From a virus, in IMG/VR virus record IMGVR_UViG_3300009788_000003, positions 25,324-89,323 of that record: 64,000 nucleotides of DNA. The stretch is one strand, 5' to 3'. The position numbers were made by a program, and so were the translations under genes. The notes under the pieces are model-generated. The model searched no databases and was not told the DNA's origin. It saw only the letters and a program-made list of their open reading frames with translations. This document shows positions 7,996-18,537 of the stretch, piece by piece (within the stretch, counting starts at the first letter, position 1; each line of letters starts with the position of its first letter).

Positions 7996-9764
7996 TAGAA
8001 ACTACCTCCAACAAATTTAGGGTCAGTTCCAAAGGGAACAAGGTTATCCCACATACCCCATTTGCTAAAACTTGAACGTAATTGATCAAAGACTATTTCA
8101 TTTTGAGTGTTGGAAAGGATTACATCCAGTGGTACATATCTTCTTTCTTCACCCAATGCCCTTGCTACTGCTCTGTTTGCGGCTTCATGTCTAGGCAGAT
8201 ACATGTAATATCCTTCAAGTTGATACCCTGCATCAGTAAAAAGATTCATCCGTTCAATAGCTTGCCGTGCATTTTTCAAAGTCATATCATGAACCACATT
8301 GAAATTCATTCTTCTGGCAATCTTTGTGATTTCATCAAATAGATAGGAAGATTCTAGGTGAAGTTCTCCCGCATTCCACCCTTTGTATTCTGGCAGCAAC
8401 TTCTTGATTGCATCACTATCCATTAGCAATACGTTCCTTCGATCAATAGGCCCATCAACACCAGAGAACCAAGACTTACCAGAACCCCCGCGCCCCCCTA
8501 TAACAGTATATGTTGGGGCTTGTCCCGCAGTAGCCTTGGCTTGATGGAATCCATCTCTCAGAATATTAGAACGGGTTAGAACACCTGTTGCTTCATCATG
8601 ACCAAGAATAACCTTTCTTATAATATCCCTGTGAACCAGTTGCCTTCCCGCAGACCAGACACCATTTACATCCCTGAATCTATCTATGGTAGGAACTACA
8701 CCATCTAACAATTCTTCAAAACCCCTGATAGTGGCAGCATCTTCCAAAACCAGAGCATCAATTATTCCTGCTTCCGTTACTGCGGTATCTCCCGCAACAT
8801 AATAATCTGAAGCAGAAGTAAAAGGTTTGTCTGGAATTCTTTGACCGGGGCGCAACGGATTTACAGGTTGAACTGCTCTAGGTGCGCGAACTGCTTTCAG
8901 CAATCCCCGGCATCTGGGATGGTAAGGGGGAGTGTCCCAACCCTTAGCACGTAATTGTTCATTAGTCATTTCAGTCAAATCTTTGACAGCAGCTTTGCTT
9001 TGTAGGGGAAAGGGCGCAAGGATTTTTAAATCAGTGGGGTCAGTTATTCTTATCTGTGTATCCAATTTTGCCAGTGCGGGGGCAACCTCAAATCTCTTGC
9101 CGTGCATCCGACTACACACAGGACAAATCCTGCTATCTAATTGTTCATTAACAATATAATGAGTTACGCCCCGTGAAGATGCTTCAGCAGTAAACCCATA
9201 TTGAGCCATTCTTGACATCTGAAGAGAAGAAGCAGTGCTTATCATACTGCTCCCAATATTTCCTGCACCAGTAGTCAAAGCACTTCTTAAATTAATTGGA
9301 TTGATTTTTTGAACATTGGTGGAACTCCCTTTGTTAAATTCTTCTTCTTGTTGTTCTTCAAAGACAAGTCTTGCTTCCAGTTTAACAGCCAATTGTAAAA
9401 ACCGTTTTCTAACAGTAATCATTGCCTGATCTAACTGGATTTGATATTGATTGGTAGCAATGGGAACCAACCCTAAAGCATTTGGATTCAAGACTACTTC
9501 AAGGTCTAGGGTATTCCCATTAACTAAAGCACCCCCAAACACTAAACCTGTTTTAAGAAGTGTATTTATTTCAGTTAGTTTGCCTTGGTATAAAAGAGAA
9601 GTGTTGATGGTATCAACTATCTCAGTAACCTTTTGCAAATCATGGGCTTGAATAGCCTTCTCAATCTGGGGGATAACCCGTTTTAGAATACTGTTCCAAC
9701 GGGGTTGAACTATAGCCTCAAGGGATGCTTCCAAGTCAAGATAGGCTTCTACTTTGACTACCAT
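7995..9764 (-). CDS. Head morphogenesis protein (MuF / SPP1 gp7) fused to a C-terminal zeta-toxin-like P-loop kinase
   Basis: MuF motifs DSRICPVCSRMHG and PPYHPRCRG; C-terminal GGRGGSGKS, DSDAIKKLLPEY, LHLESS, VVHDMTL and RAVAR...RYVP. Confidence 0.85.
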   Translation of the reverse strand: MVVKVEAYLDLEASLEAIVQPRWNSILKRVIPQIEKAIQAHDLQKVTEIVDTINTSLLYQGKLTEINTLLKTGLVFGGALVNGNTLDLEVVLNPNALGLVPIATNQYQIQLDQAMITVRKRFLQLAVKLEARLVFEEQQEEEFNKGSSTNVQKINPINLRSALTTGAGNIGSSMISTASSLQMSRMAQYGFTAEASSRGVTHYIVNEQLDSRICPVCSRMHGKRFEVAPALAKLDTQIRITDPTDLKILAPFPLQSKAAVKDLTEMTNEQLRAKGWDTPPYHPRCRGLLKAVRAPRAVQPVNPLRPGQRIPDKPFTSASDYYVAGDTAVTEAGIIDALVLEDAATIRGFEELLDGVVPTIDRFRDVNGVWSAGRQLVHRDIIRKVILGHDEATGVLTRSNILRDGFHQAKATAGQAPTYTVIGGRGGSGKSWFSGVDGPIDRRNVLLMDSDAIKKLLPEYKGWNAGELHLESSYLFDEITKIARRMNFNVVHDMTLKNARQAIERMNLFTDAGYQLEGYYMYLPRHEAANRAVARALGEERRYVPLDVILSNTQNEIVFDQLRSSFSKWGMWDNLVPFGTDPKFVGGSF

Positions 9765-9767
9765 TTT

Positions 9768-11795
9768 TTAACCTAGTTGATGTGTATGACTGTTAGTAGA
9801 ACCTGTTGTTGCTTCCTCATTATTCCACGTATGGGTATGACCTTCTGCTTCAGATGTAACCCCACCCTCTTCAAGAATATGGATGTGATTATTTACACCA
9901 CCGGGGCCAACGGAATCACCTGCTTCAGCCTTTTGCTCATCCTTGGCTACACACTTCCCATCACGGTACACCTGACCGGGGGGGCATTGATGCTGAGCTT
10001 TAATTCCTGCAACTGCCCCAACCAATTCAGACATCCCAACATTATCATGTTCAACGGAAGCATAGAGTTTATTACTGGTAAGCATATTGACCATATCCTG
10101 TTCAAACGCATTCAGGCTTTTAATACTTGCTCTCAATTCCTTTAAATCTTTGGCGGGGATACTCTGGGTCAAACTCTTAACCTGAATATCAGCAATTTTC
10201 CCCAGATATGATAAGTCAACTTTTGCAACAGGCTCTTCTTCACTGATAGCAATTTGCTCTTCATCTACAAAATCTTCAATGTGTGGATTCCGTACCTGAT
10301 CAGCAGAACTAGAACCACTGAATCTTTCAGCAATTTCATCACCCGTTTCAGCATCCAGTTCTTTCAGGTTCACGCTTCCCACCAGATTTAGATTTTCTAC
10401 CAAATCTTTCTTAGTGATAGCCCCGGCATTCATTGCTGTTCGAAGTGTGTTCAGATTTGTTTCAGCATCAGCAACAGTCAGGGGTTTAGATTTAATCCGG
10501 TAAACCCCTTTGGTCATTTCCTTCATAACCGTGTTATTAAACGCTTCATCGAACTCCATTCTTTCCGGTTGGAATACCTGAGCTTCAGCCAACGTATAGG
10601 AAGCGAACACAGAAGCATAAGAATAATCATCAGCCTTACCGACAAACAACGGGGGCAATCTGAAGGAAGCACGAACACGTTGCTCACACCGAACATCATA
10701 ATTTTCAAACATTGAATCCTGTTGACGGTCAGAACCAAAGGATTCTATATCGACACGCACACCACCACCTTTATCAATAGTTCCTGATGTGCTCTGAATA
10801 TCGGCAACGATACCTTTTAATTTGTTTCGTGCTTTACCCGCAAGCAAACCTTCCAATTGTTTTCTAGCAGCCTGAGCCATTGCACCACCAGAGATAAAGA
10901 CCATCAAAGGGGGAATACCACCTGCTGCAAAATACTCAAGATTCAATTCTTCAGCAGAACGCGAACCAATAACGGAAGGCAATTGATTCAACCAACGGGG
11001 AACACCATAAGGGGATACAGCAGATCGATGAACAGTCAAGTAAATGATTTCACTAGCCCTTTCTTCAAACGGTAATCTTTTTCCTGCTTCCTCAACAAAA
11101 ACACCTGTGGCTTTGGTAAGATCACGGCTAGAACCAAACTCTTTGAAATAGATTTTCCTACGGGCAACCAATTGCACAAACCGTCTTTCCCGTGCCATAG
11201 TTTGAATTTTCATTTCCACCCCACCGCGAATTAAAGTTTTCACGGTAGGAACGGCTTGCCCTAATTTCATTAATCGAATCGTTTTCGATTCCAGAACCCG
11301 CATGAAAACAATTTCATCTTTGGGGTTTCTGATGACTTCGATACAAGCATATCCAGAAATTTCTTCCTGTCTCCGCATCTGTCTACGCAGAGTTACAAAA
11401 GAAACAGTGGGGGAAACCTCCATCAAAAATTCCCTGACAGGCTTAAGGGCAGCTTCATCTGCATCAGTTAAGTCTTCATGATCAGTACGAACAATATCAA
11501 AACCCGTTCCATCAATATTGACCTCCATAGCGGAGATACACTGATTCAGGGAATTGTTTTGTTCGACAAGGGAATAGTAAATATCTGGGGAAATCTCTGG
11601 TTGAAGAACATTAGCCGTATAATTATTCGTAAATGTATCTTCGATTTCCAGAGCATTAGAAGTTATCTGTGCTTCCGCTTTTACAATAGCGGTAACATTT
11701 GTTTCCAGTTTACGCACATTGGAAGGGGGGGTAGCAGGTTTCGCTTTCTTACGGGTACGAGTAGCACCAGTTTTCAACTTGGTTGTTTCAGCCAT
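9768..11795 (-). CDS. Portal protein (PBSX/XkdE-like) with a C-terminal extension
   Basis: GYACIEVIRN, SPYGVPRW, NLEYFAAGGIPP, VRASFRLPPLFVG; first gene of the head module. Confidence 0.9.
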   Translation of the reverse strand: MAETTKLKTGATRTRKKAKPATPPSNVRKLETNVTAIVKAEAQITSNALEIEDTFTNNYTANVLQPEISPDIYYSLVEQNNSLNQCISAMEVNIDGTGFDIVRTDHEDLTDADEAALKPVREFLMEVSPTVSFVTLRRQMRRQEEISGYACIEVIRNPKDEIVFMRVLESKTIRLMKLGQAVPTVKTLIRGGVEMKIQTMARERRFVQLVARRKIYFKEFGSSRDLTKATGVFVEEAGKRLPFEERASEIIYLTVHRSAVSPYGVPRWLNQLPSVIGSRSAEELNLEYFAAGGIPPLMVFISGGAMAQAARKQLEGLLAGKARNKLKGIVADIQSTSGTIDKGGGVRVDIESFGSDRQQDSMFENYDVRCEQRVRASFRLPPLFVGKADDYSYASVFASYTLAEAQVFQPERMEFDEAFNNTVMKEMTKGVYRIKSKPLTVADAETNLNTLRTAMNAGAITKKDLVENLNLVGSVNLKELDAETGDEIAERFSGSSSADQVRNPHIEDFVDEEQIAISEEEPVAKVDLSYLGKIADIQVKSLTQSIPAKDLKELRASIKSLNAFEQDMVNMLTSNKLYASVEHDNVGMSELVGAVAGIKAQHQCPPGQVYRDGKCVAKDEQKAEAGDSVGPGGVNNHIHILEEGGVTSEAEGHTHTWNNEEATTGSTNSHTHQLG

Positions 11796-11807
11796 GCGCT
11801 AAACCCA

Positions 11808-11855
11808 AAAAAATAATCGGAAGGGGGAAAGTGTATATCCTCCTAACCGATTATT
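11808..11855 (-). terminator. Hairpin upstream of the portal gene (terminator-like)
   Basis: AATAATCGG...CCGATTATT inverted repeat flanked by an A-run. Confidence 0.5.
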
Positions 11856-11879
11856 CTATAGTTTCAGACTGAGAGCAAC

Positions 11880-12527
11880 CTATTTAACAGCGTCTTTCCA
11901 CTCCGAAGTAAGCCCCCAATTATCAGCACAGACCGGGCCAAACCCCGCAGTTACCGAATTCTCATGGGTCAGAGTCTTATTACAGAAGCAACATGAACCA
12001 TGTTTGTGTCCATAGTTGGCGGCAAATCCCGCAGGGTTAAGTGAAAGTTCTTTCAGCAAATTCCCAACTTCATCAGTTGCGCTATAAGATTTTTCCCAAT
12101 TCCCAACATCGTCAACCCTGCCATACCAGATGTTATGACCGTAAGGTTGTCCATCCGTGACATTTATGGTTCCCGGCTTTGCTGCCTGTTTTCCTGCCAG
12201 TGATAACATCACAGTTCCACCTGATTCAGTAGTCAGGCTAATCTTCGGGTACTTCAGATTTCCCTTGGCTTTAGTGAACAATTCAATCACTCCCGAAAAA
12301 TCCCCAACACGTTCTTTGGGCAAATCGGGTTTGGGGGCAGTGGCTTGCTTCACCAGACTAGCAACAAAATTCCATTGCGGTTCAGTCAGGGAATTATCAT
12401 GTTGACCTTTCTTGATGTATTGGCTCACCAAAGAATAAGCAGCATCAGCAGCTTTTTCACTGAAGGGGTGAGTGTGAAGCAGCGTTTCCAATTCCACTGC
12501 TAAAGATTGCTTGGTGGTCATTTCCAT
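11880..12527 (-). CDS. Hypothetical protein with a C-terminal DUF6011-like Zn finger
   Basis: CCFCNKTLTHENSVTAGFGPVCA. Confidence 0.7.
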   Translation of the reverse strand: MEMTTKQSLAVELETLLHTHPFSEKAADAAYSLVSQYIKKGQHDNSLTEPQWNFVASLVKQATAPKPDLPKERVGDFSGVIELFTKAKGNLKYPKISLTTESGGTVMLSLAGKQAAKPGTINVTDGQPYGHNIWYGRVDDVGNWEKSYSATDEVGNLLKELSLNPAGFAANYGHKHGSCCFCNKTLTHENSVTAGFGPVCADNWGLTSEWKDAVK

Positions 12528-13053
12528 TATGCTTCTTCCTTCGCATCAAGTTTCCACATTGCATCAGCTATATGATCGTAGGCAATACAATCAATTGCAT
12601 CATCAACATGGGCATTAAGAAATTCATACTTTTCATAACCAGTAATTCCCAATCTTTCAATAGCGACTCTAACGCTTTTTGAAGTGAATGATTCTGGTGA
12701 ATGCCCCATATCAAAATAGATATGGTTAGCTATCGCATCAATGTTTTTCTGTTTACGTGGTGTCATTGTTTCTCTCCTAAACTTTAATGAATTTGATACT
12801 AAGATCAAAAAAGCCCCCGTAGGGGCTAAGTTGATTATGCGTTAAAAGTGGTAGCCATTGAGTAACGACCGTAAGGAAAACAAAATTCATTTCCTTCTGA
12901 ATCAATCTGAATGCCAACAGTCTTCGGGCCATAAAGATCAGTGTCAAGGGTAACGCGCTTTGCAGTACGCTTGATAACAGTTGCAGTAAAAATACAGTCA
13001 TAGTTACAAATGCTGCGGTCTGAAAGTTCTTGTCCTGCGTAAAATTTGTTCAT
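12527..13053 (-). CDS. Two short early hypothetical ORFs (12835-13053 and about 12527-12766)
   Basis: Driven by the promoter at 13087-13114; a terminator hairpin lies between them at 12808-12827. Confidence 0.55.
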
Positions 13054-13086
13054 CGTGTTAGTCTCTTTGTTTGTTTGTATACCTTA

Positions 13087-13114
13087 AGTATAGCATTCCC
13101 TTAATATTTGTCAA
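13087..13114 (-). promoter_or_regulatory. Sigma70 early promoter (TTGACA-16-TATACT, extended -10 TG)
   Basis: TTGACAAATATTAAGGGAATGCTATACT, followed by a CAAA-repeat leader. Confidence 0.8.
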
Positions 13115-13144
13115 GGAATATTTGATCTTAGTATCACTTATTTA

Positions 13145-13160
13145 TGTGATGTAGTTCACA
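13145..13160. promoter_or_regulatory. CRP-consensus site
   Basis: TGTGA-TGTAGT-TCACA upstream of the promoter at 13087-13114. Confidence 0.5.
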
Positions 13161-15477
13161 CCCTGACTTCATGCAGTTCCCCCAGATTAAAGCCAGTTTC
13201 ACAATCAACTAAAAAAGGTAATTGGGGAGACCACCCAAAATATTCTTTTAGCGGTAAATTCTCCATGATGTTTTTCATTTCAGGAATCCATAAATCACGT
13301 TCATCTAAATCAACGTAGGCAGTCAAATTATCATGTGTCATTCCAAAGAACCTACACCCTAAAGGATTGCCATGTTTCTTTTTAAACTCTGCCAGAGCTA
13401 AGCAGGAAAGGTCTGAGAGGGTAGATTGAATCGGGCTATTGATTGCCTGTCTTTCAGCCTGAAGCATTTTCATAAAGTTGTTTGAATTGATTAACGGTAA
13501 ATGCCTAACCCTGCCTAACGGGGATTGAACAAAACCCCACTCATGAGCATAGGCTTTATATTGATCATGGTAAGTTACCAGTTCAGGATATATTTCAAAA
13601 AACTTATCTCGCTGAGCCTTTGCTTCTGTCACAGAAATTATTACCCCAAAAGTATTACGTGCGTACTCAGCAAATCCTTCTGGAAAGATTCCGTAAATCA
13701 AACCGAAGTTTCCTGCCTTGCCCCCTTGCCTGATTGCTATTATTTTTTCATCACCTTCCGCTTTCATTCTCAGGGCTTCCGCTAAAGTGTACCCATTCAA
13801 TTCTGCACCTGTTTTCAAATGCATATCAATTCCATCACGGTAGGCTTGAATCATTGTCGGTTCATCTGCTACGCAAGCAATTACCCGAAGTTCTCCCTGT
13901 GAGTAATCCCAATTGACAATGCAATATCCTTCAGGGGCAGGGTAAGCAAGTCTTAATTTTTTTGCCCATATCGTATGCTTGGATAAGGTTTGCCAAGCAG
14001 GGTCTTTAAATGAAAGTCTTCCGGTTACTGTCCCAGAGTCATCAGCACTTCCCCCATAATCCCCCCGGTACAAAATTGCTGTTGGATGAAGCAACCCATC
14101 TTCCCGAAGATGTTTCAAAAATCCAGTAACATAAGTTGATTCAGTTTTTTTAGCTGAATTCCATTCCTTATATAACTTCACAAACTCAACTGCTTCAGGA
14201 ACATTTTCAAACATTTTGAGATGGTCAAATGATGTACTTGGTTGCTTGGTTTTTTCTGTCACCATTTTGGGGGTAAGTTTCAACCCGTTAGGATGGGCAA
14301 ACATAAAATCTTTTATGATTGCAGATTTAGTCAGGGAGAATTCATCCCCATATTTATTCAGGATTCTTCGTGGTATCAAATCTTTTACTGCTTCAGTCAG
14401 CCGTGACATTTCTGCAAACAGTTCAACCTGCAATTCTGCGAACTTATCTACATCAACATGAATTCCATTGAACTCCATATCTTCAAAAGCACGAGCCGCA
14501 GGATGAAGAAGATTTATATAAAATTGAGTCTGGGATTTTGACTCCGTTAATTTCTTCACCATCTTATTTGCAACCTGCAAAGTAGCGTCTGTATCTCCCC
14601 CCGCATATTTCAACAGTGGTTCATCAGGCACTAAATCCATTCTTGATTTATCGTAGTCCAAATTAAACGGGTCATCATACCCCCCCAACGCAGGAACATA
14701 AATTTTGGTGTGAGTGTTTAACGAATTGCTTCTATTTTCATCTAGCAGGGAACCCACCAAAGTTGTATCCATTCTAAAGTTAGTGCAACGGATTCCCCAC
14801 TTTAACCGAATCCAAAGAAGGTCATATTTCAGGTTAGCCCCAATCAAAGAAATCCTGTCATCATTCAGCAACCAATTTATTTCATCCCACAATTGAGAAT
14901 CTTTATCAGGTTGGTCATCAACCCCCTGAAATCTGATCAGGTCAGAAACACCTTCCAAAGATGTAAAAGAAATACTGACAATAAATTTCTCAGAATCAAA
15001 GGGGTCAAGTCCCACAGTTTCTAAATCCATTGCAACCCGAACACGTTTCCCTGTTTTGTTATATTGTTTATTTATGTAAGGTGGTAGATGTTCAAAATCT
15101 TCCATCCAAACATAGCTTCCATACACAGGTTCCAAACTCCCGGTATCCATAAATCTTTTAGTCAGGGAAATATCAGTTTGAAGTTTCACGTAGTTGGTGT
15201 AATCGAATTCTTTAATATCAATATCGAATGTGACAAAGCAGAACCCTTCCCCGATGTCATGAAGTTTTTCACGCATGGAAGTTATGGTTCTGCCTTTGGG
15301 TAAATGTCCTGCCTGTTGAATTGCTTTTAGATTTTCCCCACCCATACTGAGTAGCACATCATTGGGGGCTAAATTAGGAACTGCGGAACCGGAAGGAAAA
15401 GAATAATCCCCCGCTTTTAATACATCCAATTCTTTTATTAATTCTGGATGCTCAGACTTAGACCAAATTTTTAACAA
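13156..15477 (-). CDS. polA: Family A DNA polymerase with 3'-5' exonuclease
   Basis: Exo I DLET, Exo II NLKYDL, Exo III YAGGD; motif A DYSQGELRVIA, motif B KAGNFGLIYG, motif C THD. Confidence 0.96.
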   Translation of the reverse strand: MLKIWSKSEHPELIKELDVLKAGDYSFPSGSAVPNLAPNDVLLSMGGENLKAIQQAGHLPKGRTITSMREKLHDIGEGFCFVTFDIDIKEFDYTNYVKLQTDISLTKRFMDTGSLEPVYGSYVWMEDFEHLPPYINKQYNKTGKRVRVAMDLETVGLDPFDSEKFIVSISFTSLEGVSDLIRFQGVDDQPDKDSQLWDEINWLLNDDRISLIGANLKYDLLWIRLKWGIRCTNFRMDTTLVGSLLDENRSNSLNTHTKIYVPALGGYDDPFNLDYDKSRMDLVPDEPLLKYAGGDTDATLQVANKMVKKLTESKSQTQFYINLLHPAARAFEDMEFNGIHVDVDKFAELQVELFAEMSRLTEAVKDLIPRRILNKYGDEFSLTKSAIIKDFMFAHPNGLKLTPKMVTEKTKQPSTSFDHLKMFENVPEAVEFVKLYKEWNSAKKTESTYVTGFLKHLREDGLLHPTAILYRGDYGGSADDSGTVTGRLSFKDPAWQTLSKHTIWAKKLRLAYPAPEGYCIVNWDYSQGELRVIACVADEPTMIQAYRDGIDMHLKTGAELNGYTLAEALRMKAEGDEKIIAIRQGGKAGNFGLIYGIFPEGFAEYARNTFGVIISVTEAKAQRDKFFEIYPELVTYHDQYKAYAHEWGFVQSPLGRVRHLPLINSNNFMKMLQAERQAINSPIQSTLSDLSCLALAEFKKKHGNPLGCRFFGMTHDNLTAYVDLDERDLWIPEMKNIMENLPLKEYFGWSPQLPFLVDCETGFNLGELHEVRV

Positions 15478-16787
15478 GCGATTGTCTCTATTACAAAATC
15501 AGATTTCCATTTGCCTTCGACAAGATGGGTAAGCAACGCATCAAAATCTTTGCTGTCAAAATATTCCCTAGCAATTGGGTCACTGAAATCAATCAAACAA
15601 ATCTTTTTCAGACAACCATTCCCGGCATGGGCAATAATTCCTAGATCACCGATATGCATTATCACGTACATGTTCAAATCGGATTCATAAATATGAAGCC
15701 CCATTATTCTGACTTCAGCCTTAACATAATCATTGTTGATTATGATGGGGGTCAGAATTTTGAAGACACCACCTTTGCCTACCTTCGCATTAATTTTGAA
15801 GGCATCCAAGACTTCATATAAATTAGCTTGGCTTACGTTCATTTAGAATCTCCCCAAAATGTTTGCCCAAAGATACCCCACCAACTTCTAGCGTAACTGA
15901 TTTTGCTGTGTGGCTAGTTACCTTTAAATAAGTTTTACTTCCAAGCAACCACATCCCAGAAACAGGAACCATATTTTTCTTGCTTGAATTTTTGGTTGGC
16001 TTACCCATTACACACTTAGCTTCCGAATTTTTTCTTCATCAAATTTGGCAACTTCCCAACCTGTAAGACTTGCTTTCATCATTGCAAAATATCTTTTCAG
16101 TGGAAGTGTTCCGTGCATTTCAAAATGACCCGAAGCATAATCACCATTGTTATTCAATCCGATCATATCCATATCTTCAGATAACGAAGCGTTAAACGGT
16201 TCAACACGAACAGAACATTTAGTTCCCCTCAATCTCATTGCAAGTTTTCCCTTGCCGTTAGTTTCTACCGCAATAAAAACATAACGTGAACTTTCATTGG
16301 TTGACCGTACTGCATCATAAAACTTTGCAGCATCCTTCAACCACGGCACGGAAACCGTACCTGAAATATCATCTTCAATTTGTTTGTGTGCCATTGTGAC
16401 CCCAAGATTTTCAGTAGATTCCGCATCCACATTCAAACTAAATAAACCATCATCCGACATAGCGGAACTGTCAGGTTCCCCAATTCCTAACTGCATGAGA
16501 ATCCCAGACTTAATTAAATTAGCCTTAGCACTCCAATGTAATTCTTCAGGTAAATGGGCTTCACATATTGTTCCACCACCCATTGCAAAAGTAGAAAATG
16601 TTCTAGAGCAATGCAGTGTATAATCTAATTTCTTGGTTTTCAAAATATGCGTAACAGTTTCACCCAACAGTTTATGAAGGGTCTGCTTGCTAATCTTTGT
16701 AGAACCATACCCGCAAAGTGCTTTGCGAAGCGGCATAGGAACAACAGTCGCTTTGGGTTCTAACTCTGGTTTCTGAATTTGTAACAT
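15471..16787 (-). CDS. Three coupled hypothetical ORFs (16008-16787, 15823-16008, 15471-15842) upstream of polA
   Basis: Overlapping start/stop codons, GGAGG RBS and their own promoter at 16811-16839. Confidence 0.6.
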
Positions 16788-16810
16788 ATAACCTCCTAGT
16801 TCAAGACCCC

Positions 16811-16839
16811 ATCTTACAGGAGTCTAAAGTATTTGTCAA
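16811..16839 (-). promoter_or_regulatory. Promoter TTGACA-17-TAAGAT for the polA operon
   Basis: TTGACAAATACTTTAGACTCCTGTAAGAT. Confidence 0.65.
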
Positions 16840-17525
16840 TCATTATTTACGATTAATGAAGTGCCGTTAGCAGCTAAATAAGTCTGTGTTTTGTTCTTCG
16901 TTACCTGCCCTTCAATCCAATTTTCAATTAGATCAGTTCCAAAAGGAAGGCTAGTAGAACTTTGATTGCCCCAAGCAGTAGAAAGTTTTGAAGACTTCTT
17001 TTCTTTGCTGCCTTCAACTTTCTTGATTCCAAAATGCTTGTTCAACCAATTAATCTGTTCACTTGATTCAACAGCCTTCTTACAATAATTTTCTCTGACT
17101 GTGGTGGTTGCATCTTTATCCCCAATCATGTGCTTAGTCAGGGCAGCAAGGAACAAACCTGTTCTACCATGCCCACCGATACAACCCACAAAAACAGACT
17201 TGCCTTTTTTCATTTCTTTGGCAGTCCATGAAATCAGTTTTTTGAATTCACCTAAATCTTTAGGTACACCCATATCAGGAATCTTGAAATAAATATCTAC
17301 TCCATCATTCCACGGATAAGACCGTTCACCTTTTTTGCCCCCACCATCCAGAGCAATAAAAATATCAACATCAGGGTAATTACTGGTACAACTTCCACCA
17401 ACGATTTCCCACTTGCCTATTTTATAAACAGGATGTGTATGCCAACAAGGGGCATAAGATTTAATTTTAGATTTGGACTTAGACTTTTTACTTTTGCCAC
17501 TCCAAATATCAGCTACCTTAGTCAT
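16836..17525 (-). CDS. Cys-based (PTP / dual-specificity-like) phosphatase
   Basis: Acid loop IPDMGVP and CX5R P-loop VGCIGGHGRTG, followed by VRENYCKKAVESSEQ. Confidence 0.85.
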   Translation of the reverse strand: MTKVADIWSGKSKKSKSKSKIKSYAPCWHTHPVYKIGKWEIVGGSCTSNYPDVDIFIALDGGGKKGERSYPWNDGVDIYFKIPDMGVPKDLGEFKKLISWTAKEMKKGKSVFVGCIGGHGRTGLFLAALTKHMIGDKDATTTVRENYCKKAVESSEQINWLNKHFGIKKVEGSKEKKSSKLSTAWGNQSSTSLPFGTDLIENWIEGQVTKNKTQTYLAANGTSLIVNND

Positions 17526-18537
17526 GTTTAACCCCCTTCCTTGTTAGGGTTGGAATTTTCATAATCATTAAATCAAGATTACCAGATGGGAAAAATTCTT
17601 CATCTGAATCTGAATCTTTAGTTGCATCAACAGCATCTTTCGCTTTCTTAAATACATGCTTAGATAATGCCCCCGCTTCATGAATCGCAGCCGGGGAAAC
17701 ATAAGAATAAAACTCTTCACCCAGAATCGAAGCAGCAGAATTTACTTCCCCTACAAAGTTAGCAGCAACATTCGAAGCAACTCTAAAGGAAGGACACTCG
17801 CTTTTATATTTTTCGAAGTGCTTGATCAATGAAGGAATAGCTCCCCCACGTTGCATATCAAGTAATTGGGTAAGCCCCGCACCATCAAGTTCATGTTTAT
17901 AAATTGTGTTCTTATTAAAGATTGAACCTGTGTTGTGAACCAAAGCCCACGCAACATCAACCATAGTGAAGGGTGAAATTTCACCTTCCAGAACATGAGT
18001 AATTTTCTGGCTAATGTTTTTCCATTTCTTTCCACCATAAGAACCCATCCCTGCGAAACAATGAACAAACATCCAATCACAATAGCGGGAAAAATCCAGA
18101 AGGTCTCTATCACAAGAAAGGAATTCATCCCGTGAACCAGAACGATTTTTCTTGCCGTTTGTAACTGAACCAAAATTCTTAACATCAGCACCATACTGCT
18201 TTAAAATTGTAGCAGATTGAGAATGCACTTTTCCATGCCGGGATTCCCCGACAGAAATTAAAAGGATATAAGTGAAGATACGAAAGAAAACATCTTCCAT
18301 ATGTGAATGATGTGCTTTAACTAATTCGGCAACTGCTTCAGGAAGTTCAGTTTCAACCCCGTACTTAGATTCAACAGCACCCAGAACATGAGCACCAAGA
18401 TAGAACCTGATAACATCTTCTTCAGGTTGAATCATTGCCGTAGTATTAACAGAAATAAATTTATCCATGCCCACTTTTTGCTTGCTGTATTCACAAGCTT
18501 TAAAGAGCATTGAATTTTTTAAGTCTTTAAGTATCAT
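17518..18537 (-). CDS. Helical hypothetical protein with enzyme-like motifs
   Basis: GESRH, YGGKKW, D...VHNTGSIFNK and LLDMQR; TAATG-coupled start at 18537. Confidence 0.6.
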   Translation of the reverse strand: MILKDLKNSMLFKACEYSKQKVGMDKFISVNTTAMIQPEEDVIRFYLGAHVLGAVESKYGVETELPEAVAELVKAHHSHMEDVFFRIFTYILLISVGESRHGKVHSQSATILKQYGADVKNFGSVTNGKKNRSGSRDEFLSCDRDLLDFSRYCDWMFVHCFAGMGSYGGKKWKNISQKITHVLEGEISPFTMVDVAWALVHNTGSIFNKNTIYKHELDGAGLTQLLDMQRGGAIPSLIKHFEKYKSECPSFRVASNVAANFVGEVNSAASILGEEFYSYVSPAAIHEAGALSKHVFKKAKDAVDATKDSDSDEEFFPSGNLDLMIMKIPTLTRKGVKHD

